A DNA stretch of 62,805 bases, filler included, from Sphacelaria rigidula (Eukaryota), in the NCBI GenBank assembly GCA_964200075.2. It is 8 parts of 8 records of this genome, joined end to end, with 100 filler letters (N's around TTAATTAATTAA, not from the genome) between each part and the next. Parts side by side here need not be neighbours in the genome. Positions count along the whole stretch, not along the records: positions 47,180 to 54,942 come from CAXNAA020013533.1; positions 55,043 to 62,805 come from CAXNAA020013534.1; 6 more parts are not named here. One strand, written 5' to 3'. The position numbers were made by a program, and so were the translations under genes. The stretch's first letter is position 1; each line of letters begins with the position of its first letter. Shown piece after piece: positions 48,322-58,899 of this stretch. The notes below the pieces were generated by a model. It searched no databases. It was not told where the DNA came from and saw only the letters and a list, made by a program, of their open reading frames with translations.

Positions 48322-49983
48322 TCACCGGCCGTAACGATCCAGGCCAGGCAATTCCGGCATGGGTTGGTTGAAGCTATTCCCGAACTTCAACTGCTGTAAT
48401 GAACTTGGCCACTCTACCCCTTCTATGCGTTGGTTAAACTTTCTTCCGAACACCAGCTGCTGCAGTGAGGCAGGCCACACGGTCCCCGCAATAGGCTGGT
48501 CAAAGTCTCCTCCCAATGCCAAGTGTTGCAATGACGTAGGCCACACAATCCCTTGAAGCTTCTGGTTGAATCCCGGCCCGAACTCCAGGTTTCGTAGAGA
48601 GTCAGGCCACACTATCCCCACGATGGGCTGGTTGAAAACACCTCTAAAGGTCAGCTGCTGCAGCGAAGCAGGCCACAACACCCTCTGAATCGGCTGGTTG
48701 AAATTCCATCGAAATGTTAAGTGCTGTAGAGAGGTAGGCCAAGTCACCCCTTCAATCGGCTGGTTGAATTTACGCCCGAACGTCAAGTGCTGAAGTGAGC
48801 GAGGCCATGTCACTCCCTCAACTGGCCTGTCGAAGTGTTCTCCGAATGTCAACTGCTCCAGCGAGCCAGGCCATTCTACCCCCTCGATGGGGTGATTAAA
48901 GTTGTCTCCAAACTTCAATCGACGCAACGAGCCAGACCATGCCACATCAACAATCGGCTTGTTAAATGCGCCCCCGAATGTCAACTGCTGCAACGAAGCA
49001 GGCCACACCACCCCAACAATAGACTGATTGAATGCTGTCCCGAGTACCAACTGCTCCAGAGAGCCAGGCCACTCCGCCCTTTCAATGCGCTGATTAAACC
49101 TGTACCCAAGCGTTAACAGCCGAAGGGAAGTGGCCCATACGACTCCCTCAACGGGGTGGTCAAATTCGCGTCCGAACGTCAACTGATTCAGCGAAGTAGG
49201 CCACTGCACCGCCTCAATCGGCTGATTGAAGTTGCTCCCGAACGATAATTGCTGCAGCGAATCAGGCCATGTGACCCCTTCGATAGACTGGTTGAAACTG
49301 CACCCGAACACCAACTGCTGTAGCGAGTCAGGCCACTGTACCTCCTTTATCGGATGGTTGAAGTCGCTGCCGAACGTTAATTCCCGCAGCGAACCGGGCC
49401 ACTTTACAGTTTCAATGGGTTGGTCGAAACTCCACCCGAACGTCAACTGTTGTAAAGAGGCAGGCCATAACATTCCCGCAAGAGGCTGGTTGAAAGTGCC
49501 CCCGAATTTCAACTGCTGTAACAGGGCCGGCCATATCACTCCGTCAATGGGCTGGTTGAAACAATCTTCATCTTCGAACATGCTTTGGTCGACGAAGGTA
49601 ACCTTCCTCACCCCCTGCGGCCACACCACGTACCCCAGGCTACGTTTGAACCCGCGCGTGAGCTGCACGTACTTCACATTCGCCAGCAAATCGTGTTCGC
49701 GAGACATGAACTCGGCATCAGCTCCTTCTCCCCACCTCAGCCCGCGTGCTCGTAGCAAAGGTACGCGGGTTGGACTCAGATCAAATCCCTGCCCAGAGTA
49801 ATTAGTACTCAGCGTTGACGGCGGTATTTTCGCAGGGGTCAACCACAGTTGTCGAGGAGTGCTCTGTCCGACGTCCACGCGCAAGGTACTGAAGCTCCGA
49901 CAAGCCCGGCAGAACTGAAGCGAGACGAGCTGCAGGTTCTTCGTCGATACGAAGTATCCCCGATTAAAATATGCCTCGTTCAA
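48322..49983 (-). CDS. FNIP-repeat (22-aa LRR-like) protein; start uncertain, last repeats frameshifted
   Basis: 18 in-frame 22-aa repeats FNQPIxGVxWPxSLQQLTFGxx. A frameshift at ~48359 puts two more repeats in the frame of ORF 48053-48325. The listed start is TTG, and the frame stays open back to ~50049. Confidence 0.88.
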   Translation of the reverse strand: MNEAYFNRGYFVSTKNLQLVSLQFCRACRSFSTLRVDVGQSTPRQLWLTPAKIPPSTLSTNYSGQGFDLSPTRVPLLRARGLRWGEGADAEFMSREHDLLANVKYVQLTRGFKRSLGYVVWPQGVRKVTFVDQSMFEDEDCFNQPIDGVIWPALLQQLKFGGTFNQPLAGMLWPASLQQLTFGWSFDQPIETVKWPGSLRELTFGSDFNHPIKEVQWPDSLQQLVFGCSFNQSIEGVTWPDSLQQLSFGSNFNQPIEAVQWPTSLNQLTFGREFDHPVEGVVWATSLRLLTLGYRFNQRIERAEWPGSLEQLVLGTAFNQSIVGVVWPASLQQLTFGGAFNKPIVDVAWSGSLRRLKFGDNFNHPIEGVEWPGSLEQLTFGEHFDRPVEGVTWPRSLQHLTFGRKFNQPIEGVTWPTSLQHLTFRWNFNQPIQRVLWPASLQQLTFRGVFNQPIVGIVWPDSLRNLEFGPGFNQKLQGIVWPTSLQHLALGGDFDQPIAGTVWPASLQQLVFGRKFNQRIEGVEWPSSLQQLKFGNSFNQPMPELPGLDRYGR

Positions 49984-50491
49984 AACGACGGTAACTGCGT
50001 CGAGACATCGGCTGCCGTCTGCAACAAGGGCAAAGGGGTGAGCACTGGGTCAAGCGCGCAGCTGTGGCAGATACACCTTCTACCTGAGCCCCCTAGCAAC
50101 ACAGCGGTACGGTGGGTAGAAGGCCTCACTCGCTCCACTGTACGACTCAGGGCCGCAACGAACACATAAGAAAGGAAGCATCTGACATCGCTGGACCGAT
50201 ATATTATCTCAGTCTTTGGCAAGGCACTGCATGGTACGCAACCAGGTAGTGCAACAGGGGCGTGCCTTTCACAGCAGCTGCAGGTAACCAAGTGCTGGGA
50301 GTAACGTAGCAATCAAGCACTTGTGGCGCACTCCTCTCACCTTCAATTGTACTCACGCCTCCCTCTGAGACATCAGCTACCACCATACAACATTTGTCGG
50401 CACCCATTATTCTGCAAGCGTAGAGAGCGACAAAAAGAAAACGTTTGTACGCGTAAATCGATGGATTCAGGTGCAGCGCAGACTCTCTTAA

Positions 50492-51545
50492 CCCTTTTAG
50501 GACCGACCCCGCCCACGAACACAGGGTTGACCCTGTGTTAGTGAAAGAATAAAAAATAAGTCAGAGAGCGACCTGCCCAATCACGGCAAGGGTGAAATTT
50601 ATCGGCCAGGCCCGAACGACCAGCGCGGGGATTGTTGGCAAGTGTGATGCTACTGTGAAGATCGTGTAAGTGCCCTATCCCTGGCCCGGATAAGTCTTCC
50701 CAGGTTTCCAAATGCAGGGTAGTCGCAGCTTGGTTGTATGGTATTACTTGCATTCAGTACAGCGTTCCCGAGATTTTCCGGGGGGGGGGGCAGTCGCAAT
50801 TCGTTACAAAAACGTAGTAATTACACTGACACAGGGTGGAACGGAAAAAAACGGGAAGGAGTGTACATGCCACAATGTGGCCATTCCCACGAAGCACTAA
50901 AACCAGGTGGGCCGTGGGAAGACAAAAGGAGCTACCGTCATGAACTCTGCTTATCCCTCTACCGATAACTTGCAGAACACTGTGAACATGTATGTAGTGG
51001 ACGGGGATGAAGAAGCTGTGTACAGGCAGCTGATCTCCGTCGCTGAGAACTACCCAGAACGTGCAAGAGAATATGCAGCGGTAGCTGCTGCTGCAGTCGG
51101 AGAGGCGCACTGAACTGAACTGCACTGCACCGTACCGTACTGTATGTATGTGCGCCGCAACGCCCATGCCCTTCGGAGCGAATTTGTCGCATGCAAGAAG
51201 GAGGGAAATGGCGGCCCACCCCGACCACAAAGGGCTGTGTGGCAAGATGATGGGGACAATAATATTATCCAAAGCCACAAGTAGCGGGCGGCCCGCCGGT
51301 CGCCGCATCCTGTTGAAAGCTCTCTACCGCGATCCATACTGCTTGCTACATCAGATGTAAATCACCTAATGCGCACCCCACCCGAATTACATTAGTTTGG
51401 ATGAACCTTTCGGTCTTCCTCCTAAGCCTGCATGCGGCGGTTACATACGTGGATTTTCACATGGAGCCACTGCCTCATGCAGACGCCAGGCACGTCATTC
51501 CTAACCAGCCTCATTGGTCGTTCTGGAGGCCCGGTCCCAGAAGGG
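50492..51545. mobile_element. Non-autonomous piggyBac-type element
   Basis: TTAA|cccttttaggaccg ... cggtcccagaaggg|TTAA (TTAA at 50488-50491 and 51546-51549; TIR 12/14). No transposase ORF. Confidence 0.85.
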
Positions 51546-51633
51546 TTAAGTGTACCGTCCGCCACACCGGAGGGCAATGTCAAGCAGCCACTGTTTTCTT
51601 GTGCAAAGTACAAATTTATGAAATGAAATATAC

Positions 51634-52059
51634 CAGGGATATAGACGTTACACACGTGACACAATTGAAAAAAACGGGAAAAACAAAACTTCGGGCCATT
51701 TAACGCTACGTAAGGTTTGATTTTTTGGACAGGACAAAAGTAACGTAATGTGGTGTAACGTGTGGACGTCGAAGTAGTGTCTCTTGGGAGTTTCCAGATG
51801 TAAAAAAAAAAGGCTGTTTTCGTGAATTTGTAGCGTGACACGTGACACGTTACAAATTCACGAGAACAAGCAGAGTTTCCGTCATATTTGGAAATTAAAA
51901 CGCTATGTTGGGGTTCGTGCGAATGACCACACGTTACATCACGTTATGTTACATTTGTCCCATCGAAAGAATCACGCCTTACGTAGCGTTGGCTGGCCCA
52001 AAGTTACGTTTTTTCGAATGTGTCACGTAAAAGCGTCACATGTAACGTGTATACTCCTG
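51634..52059. mobile_element. Foldback hAT-like MITE
   Basis: Imperfect palindrome centred at ~51841. CAGG..CCTG termini. Flanks aaatatac / aaataaac (7/8). Confidence 0.85.
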
Positions 52060-52128
52060 AAATAAACATCAGTCTATCTTCACCAAACCGCTGGATATTC
52101 TAGTAGCTACTTTTAAATGACGAAGTCA

Positions 52129-53442
52129 CAATGGCAGGCCGTCTAGACCATACCCGATACTTGGTATTTTGAACAGTCATACTCTTAGTATCCAAACGTT
52201 TGTGGTAGAGTGTTGCAATCGTACCCAATCTACCCAAAAATTGAGTAGAGTATTAGAGATCGTCCCAATTTCCCCATTTCGTCGGTCGAGTATTGAGGTC
52301 ATGCCCAATTGATACTCCATATATATCCAGGTGTTGCTGAGAGTGCTTACCCAAATTTGGGTAGAGTATTTGAGGTCGTAACCGATCTACCCAAAAATTC
52401 AGAAGAGTATAAAAGGCGTACGCAAATTACCCAAACTTTGGGTAGAGTATTGAGGTCATACTCAAGTGAATGTCTTAATTGATTGATTTGATTTGATTGA
52501 CTGTCGCACTTTCAACTGACCCCTCAGGGATGTAGCCATGGTCACATCATAGACGTACCCAAGGCAAGACAGAACTAAAGCACTCGCGGAAGAAAGCTAA
52601 GAATCGGAAAAGGTGAAGCAGAGCAATAGAGTAGACTTCGAAAAACAAAAATGCTGGCGTCTGCCGCATGGCTTCGGTGGAAAACGTCTTGCGCAGAATC
52701 ACACTCATTCCCAGTCGTAGAAAACAAAAGGCCTTGGACAAGATTGCGGCTCATCCACTACGACCGCACTAAATGGGATATGAATCCTCTCACCCATGGA
52801 CAAACACAATGAAGCGAGGCACTACTCTGCTCTGCCATACACCGGCAGGAAAGAGCACACACACATATGTAGAGAAAGACAAGGGAGCGAGAGGGTAGAT
52901 AAGGAGAAGACTACGGAAGTGGTGAAGCCGAAATAAATCAGGGCAGCAAAGCAGATACAAACACACCGTGGGGCGCCGCGAACCACGGACCAAGGACACA
53001 ACCAACAACCGATAGGGTCAGACAGGATTCTTCGATTGGCGGCTCTCGACGCACCATCCTCTCGTTTGTGACGGCTGTCCGATTCTCGTTTGTCCGCGCG
53101 TCGTCACGTTTTCTCAAGCTCTTCCGCTCCTTTTCGGCTCCAATGTGCCATTTGCCCATGTTCTTTGCCGCAGTGACCCAATCGTATGCATCGTTAACCT
53201 CTACTCTATACCCAGGTATTGCTGAGAGTGCCTACCCAATATTAGGGTGAAGAGTTGATTCATACCCACTCTAACCGAAAATTGGGAAGAGTATTTGAGG
53301 TGGTACCCAATCTACCAAACATTTGGGTCGAGTATTTGGGACCGTACCCAATTTACCCAAACTTTAGGTAGAGTGAATACCCATGTATTTCACCCGAGTA
53401 CTCAAAAGTATATACAGTACCCCCCCCCCCGACCTGCCCTTG
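52129..53442. mobile_element. TIR element with an internal ~41-bp minisatellite array, copy 1
   Basis: Monomer ctacccaaaatttgggtagagtatttgaggtcgtacccaat. Right end cccgacctgcccttg. Interrupted by an RTE-like LINE. Confidence 0.7.
52480..53195 (-). mobile_element. 5'-truncated RTE-like LINE 3' end with (CAAAT/CAAT)n tail
   Basis: Minus-strand DWVTAAKNMGKWH, then a long pyrimidine-rich UTR and caatcaaatcaaatcaatc. It interrupts the host motif caagtga|tactctata. Confidence 0.6.
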
Positions 53443-53454
53443 AAGTATAATGCT

Positions 53455-54494
53455 CAAGGAGGGGTCGGTGAGCTCATGCAACTGCACGATTTTTTTTTAT
53501 GGCCATCGTTCGCCCACATATCCGAGACAGCCTATGAAATGACGTTACGAAGTCACCGACGGTCAGGCTTGCTCCTCATACCCAAGTGATCCTCTATACC
53601 TGAGTATTGTTGAGATGACTCACCCAATGTTTGGGTAGAGTATTGAAATCGTACCTAGTCTACCCAACATTTGGATAAGAGTATTAGAGCTCGTGCCCAA
53701 CTTACCCAAGTTTTGGGTAGAATGTTGAGGTCATATTCAAGTGATACTCTATACCCAGGTATTGCTGAGAGTGTGTGTTTGTGTGTGCTGTCATGCCATC
53801 TACAGTACTTTGAACGCCTGTGTACACCTTCCGGTATATCTGGGCGCATCAGCTGGGGTCACACAAGAGGAAAGTCAACGCAAGTTCTTTTGTTTCGATT
53901 TAGTGTTCCACCTTCCTTCTGCGGTGCTTGCCTTATTTCTTATCGCGAGAGGGGTTTAGCAGTTCCTTTCCCTCGTCGACCGTGTTATCGAATTTTATGT
54001 ACCCACGACTTAATTGCTCTCCACTGTTGGGTATGGTGTGAAAAAAAATGCCAGATCGTGTGACTGCACCGAAATCCGAATCTACGACACAACTGTCAGC
54101 AGGTTTCGAGGTTACCAACTGAACCACCGGGGCGACCGGCTTCAGAGTGCTTACTCAAGTTTGGGTAGAGTATTTGAGGTCGTACCCGATCTGCCCAAAA
54201 TATGGGTGGAGTATGAAAACCCAATTTGGGGGTAGAGGTTTGAGGGCATGCCCAAGTGATACTCTATACCCATGTATTGCTCAGAGTGATTACCCAATAT
54301 TATGGGTAAAATATTGAGATCATACCCAATCTACCCATTATTTGGGTGGAGTTCTTGAGGTCGTACCCATTCTACCCAAAATTTGGGTAGGGTATTTTAG
54401 GTTGTACCCAATCTACCCAAACGTTAGCTGGAGTAAACGCCCGGGTATATTGCCCGAGTATTCAAAAGCAGAGGAAATACCCGACCCGCCCTTG
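53455..54494. mobile_element. TIR element with an internal ~41-bp minisatellite array, copy 2
   Basis: Ends caaggaggggtcgg / ccgacccgcccttg. Same monomers as copy 1. Interrupted by a SINE. Confidence 0.75.
53771..54140 (-). mobile_element. tRNA-derived SINE, copy 1
   Basis: Minus-strand head gccggtcgccccggtggttcagttggtaac (A box), degenerate B box, (CA)n tail. Flanks ctgagagtg / ttcagagtg. Second copy at 62248-62610. Confidence 0.8.
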
Positions 54495-54891
54495 CAAAGT
54501 TCTGCTACGAGCTGGGCCGGCCTAGAAACGAATTTAAGCTTGAAAATGGATTCAGTGGCTCAGGTTTGAGAGTCGTGCTTCGAAATCTGCAAGGGTGTGT
54601 TTTGTGACGTATGACGGCTGAAATTCGGGTATTTACAGAAGTATCAAAGAGGGGTTTCATAGGTAAACACCCTTCCGAACCGTACCAGATTATTTAGAAA
54701 AAGGTTCGATACCCTGCCGAATCATACCGGAATGTTGAGTACAGATTTCGGTATGGTTTAGGATGCCAACCAAAAATCCCCCAACTCCGGGTATACTCTG
54801 CAGAATACAAGTTTCAAAATTTGGTGTGGAGAAGCAGAAGAGTACGAATACAAACTTATTTCAAGATGTTGAGATTACTTCAAAACGTTAA

Positions 54892-54942
54892 GGAGGGGGG
54901 GGGGGCGTACTCATTTGTTGCTTGCCTTAGTCGTTAGACCAT
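54892..54942 (-). mobile_element. 3' end of the C-tailed LINE at the contig end
   Basis: Reverse complement reads atggtctaacgactaaggcaagcaacaaatgagtacg(c)11tcc. Confidence 0.9.
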
Positions 54943-55042
54943 NNNNNNNNNNNNNNNNNNNNNNNNNNNNNNNNNNNNNNNNNNNNTTAATTAATTAANN
55001 NNNNNNNNNNNNNNNNNNNNNNNNNNNNNNNNNNNNNNNNNN
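54943..55042. other. Artificial contig spacer
   Basis: 44N-TTAATTAATTAA-44N. Confidence 0.99.
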
Positions 55043-55116
55043 TATTAGGTTTTGGGTGGGCAAAGGGTTCGACTTTTCGCTGGGGCTGGGGGTGGGGGGG
55101 GCGTTGTTTGTGATTT

Positions 55117-55153
<37 letters not shown>

Positions 55154-55311
55154 CGCTTTGAATGGGGTTTTCATGCCATCGAAGCCTCTTAGCTCTTTAA
55201 TGTGAGAAGTCACATTTTTTACCACTGTTCATATTTTTGAAGGAAAAACAAGCCAAATACCGTAATATTTCTTGCCTCCGGTGGCGCTCCCGCGAGGCCC
55301 CTCCACCAGCC

Positions 55312-55391
55312 GGGGGGGGAGGGGGTGTACGCATTTGTTGCTTACCTAAGTCATTCGACCATAGACCACGCATCCCTTCGAGACGGAGCAC
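55312..55391 (-). mobile_element. 3'-end fragment of the C-tailed LINE
   Basis: Reverse complement reads gtgctccgtctcgaagggatgcgtggtc..gcaacaaatgcgtacaccccctcccccccc. Confidence 0.85.
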
Positions 55392-58257
55392 TGGTTCTGA
55401 TTCTGACAGGTGTTAGGTTCTGACCCCCCAGAAATAGGCTGAAAAAAATGCTTAATTAAAAAAAGAAGGCTTCCCGAGAAAATAGACTTGGAGAAGAAAC
55501 TTTTCCCATAACCGTCCTTTTTGGGCCCCGAAAATGAATGTGGGATATTGGGGCTCAAGCCTACGGAGCAAAGGCCTAAATCCCGCACCACGTCGACCCT
55601 CACCAACTAAGTTCAATCAAGCAGGCTCTTCTTGCTCCTCGTGCCTTCACACAATCAACGACGGGAATCCGATACTTCGTAGAAAAACTCTAAACTATAT
55701 GCATCTGGCGGGAATCGAAACCCACGTTTACCCGACCAACTGATGTCACGTGTGAAATCCTAACATTCCCGTCACGAATGCTGGCCCAAGTGACACCCAA
55801 CAGACGGCCGTGAGCACGTATGATTGATGACGCGCGACGTGTGCCTCCCCGCGTTTTCAGTCCCGAATCCCCCGCCGACACACACACTCCCCCTCTCAAC
55901 CACAATATAAGCTGGTCCGGCGAAAACCCGGCGTGCTCCGTCCCGGCTTTGTAGGGGCAGACCCCCGACGGGGTTGGCGTCGGTTGGTGATGACGCTGTA
56001 AAACACACCATTCACTGCGTAAGCTAGGCAACCGGGCAACCGATTTTGTTGGGACGCTTGCGTTTTGTTTGCGGCAACCATTATGGTAGTCGAGCTAGAT
56101 CATATTGTGCGGCGCGGGAGGACCTCAACTAATGGGGATGATCGTACTACGTAGTGTTGAAATGGTGAGACACCCATGAGGCAGTGTATAACCCGTGACT
56201 GTCTCTGGGAGTAGCGGTACCAGAAAATAAAGCAATTCATTGTAGGCTGTCATCCAAATGCAAGAAAATAAGTATTCTTCGGGCCGAACAATCTAAGCAG
56301 GGTGCAGCTCACCCTTCATGCGACTCGCCGAACACACCACGGCGCTTCGCGCTTCGCGCTTGGGGATTGAGTGCGAGCCTGGTCCGGCGAAAACCCAGCG
56401 TGTTTCGTCCTGGTTTTGTAGGGACGCGAGGTAAATTGTCATCAGACTACGGCATGCATGATCATGAGCACACCCCCACCCGCCAAATCACAATACTATG
56501 TAGTTTGGGTGTTTTTTCACCCGAAACAAGCGTCGTTCCGGACCCCCTGACCTCGCCGGAGAACAAAAGCCAGTTCAACTGACATCCAACCGGCCACCTG
56601 GCAGCTGATATATTGATCACTAGAGACGAAGAACAACAGTATTCTTTATTTTGTCGTGTGTTGGGGAACAAAGCAGCTCTCAACAATAGTTCTGTAGTAC
56701 AAGACTAGGGTTCGAATCGAAAATATAGAGGGTCAACGTTAACCCTTAGACCGCAAGGGTAGTCCATCTGGATCATGCTTACTTCTTTATCATGCGAAAT
56801 TGATGCCGATTCAACTCATGACCTACTCTCGGAATCTAATAATTCCAACAGTATTTTCTCACACGCAAATCTTATTTTGACTAGTGACTAACCACTGTCA
56901 AGCTGCTGCCCCCTCGATGGTGTGAATATTTCTTCAGTAGCCTCCACGGGTTTTGTACCAAACACCCACAGCGCCGAGTGGGCGTGTTCTGCTTGCTCTG
57001 ATTTGGGGGGATGAATTTTGCAGCAAAGACTGCCTTCGCCAAGCTCTGTGGACGAACAGAAATAGTGCATGCGGCTGAAGTAGAATCCGTGTGATCAAGG
57101 GACACTAGTTTGAACGGAAGTCATCGACCGTGATCGGCTCAAGGTTAGGGAGGCGCTGTTTTGGAGGTTGGACCTTGTCTATCGAGTTACAGCTTCTTTA
57201 TGTGGAACATTTTCTTCTGCGCACATCCGCCTGTGTTTCTCTTGAGTGTAACTTTGTTTTGGCTGTCATTCAATTCTTTTTCCATGAGCGTACCTGTTTT
57301 GTTGTTATGTCGTGTATCTCAGGCGGGGGAGAAGCGAGCGGAGATTGTCGAACGCCTCGGACGACCTGTCAGATGGATGCTGCTACGCCACGCTCATGAA
57401 GGTACCCATGAAGGTATTGTCTAGAGTGCAGTGTACCGTTTTTTTGCGTCTTTGGGAAGGCTCAGTCTTGAGTGCAGTGTTCGCGCGAATATGAACGTGC
57501 CCGCGGTAAAACAATCGCACGTACAGTACAGTATAGTTTTTCAACGTACCCTGATAGCATCATGTACGGTACCTGTGCTTACTTGCGTCACGTCCCTCAT
57601 AAAGCTATCGTTCAGAGCGCTGCACAGCATAGTGCGATAAGGCCTAGAGCGTCGCTCTTTACATTGCTGAGCGTGTGCTATGGAAGTATCCTGTAGCTTA
57701 ATGTACACTTTCGAATCATGTGCTGTATATGTGCTGTATATTACGGTACAATAGATTCTAGATCGTACTCCTTCGAGGTTGCTCCGTGTCCCTCATGAAG
57801 GTTTAGTCTGAAGTGTTGTATGTCGTTTCGGTCTTGCTCAAGTGTGGCGGGCATCATATTCAGCCTAGTAGTTTTACCATGGCAATCCAATTCACTGCCC
57901 ATTGTACATGAACCGCATGTATCCGATACATGTGGCTTATATGTTACAGCTAGAAAACTCCGCATATAACGGAGTTTATGACCGGTAGGGTCCGTCGTTC
58001 ATCGCCGAATAACGCCCGGAGGCGACAATATCTCGACCATACTTGGTAACGCAAGCAGACCCATAGTTCACCAGAGTATGTAACATATTACCCACTATAG
58101 CCCCGGAAGTGCGTAGGTGCTCCGTTCTCAAGACTTGATAACCCGGCATTTGTGTACATCGTGGTGTACGGTACTCCTGAGTGATGCGGTGCGGCTGTTC
58201 GAACGCCCCCTCGCCTTTGTCGTCACAACACCCGGGCGCTATAATGTAGAGGAGTGT

Positions 58258-58295
<38 letters not shown>

Positions 58296-58899
58296 CTTTG
58301 TCTTTTTCGCGGAGGGGGTGGGGCTCATGAGCNNNNNNNNNNTTTTGGCGCCCCCGTGCCGTCTCTCCCCAGTCTACCTCGACTCACCAGTGAGTGGCGG
58401 TTATGGCCGCACCCATCCCCCCCCCCCCCACCCCCGCCCTTTTTTTGCCGTGATGGCTTGGTTACCGTAGAGGACAGTGCATACGATCCCCGGGTGATAC
58501 GAGAAGCCGAAAATCTATTACCGGGGGGTGGTGTTTAGGACGGTGGTGGTGAGTGACGCACTCCGATACAGTACCGTAGGACTGGTATGGTGGCAACAAG
58601 AGCTGGAGCGCATCACCCGGGGGCGTTGGGATGGCGGGTGGTATGCCACGTACAGGTCTTGAACACCCTCTTCTTCAGAATGTGTTCGGAGACGGGTGTC
58701 CAGTGAGTTGTGAGTATCTAATGCATACCTTCCCCCCTCTCCTGTCTATGTACCTCAACCGCTGTATTGGTGTTATTAGTATTATTGGTACTGATGGAAT
58801 TATCAATTTTTGCTCCTATTTTTGCTCTTGTTCTTCTTCATCTTCAGTCTCAGTAGAAGTAGTATAGTAGGTGTATTTAGCAATAGTACTATTTCATCG

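Noticed and set aside
42379-49983. EsV-1-7 and FNIP genes as a linked cluster or endogenous giant-virus insert
   Set aside because: They lie on different contigs (spacer at 47080-47179). No NCLDV core genes are visible, and both are embedded in host-type transposon debris.
54060-54140. Functional tRNA gene (also 62530-62610 and ~55700-55740)
   Set aside because: The B box and stems are degenerate. The first two are attached to a repeated SINE body; the third shows only a B-box-like motif.
52150-54480. CRISPR-like array of palindromic repeats
   Set aside because: There are no unique spacers, the monomers are contiguous and diverged, no cas genes are present, and the context is eukaryotic.
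56739-56760. piggyBac-like end TTAACCCTTAGACCG
   Set aside because: No matching opposite end was found on the contig.
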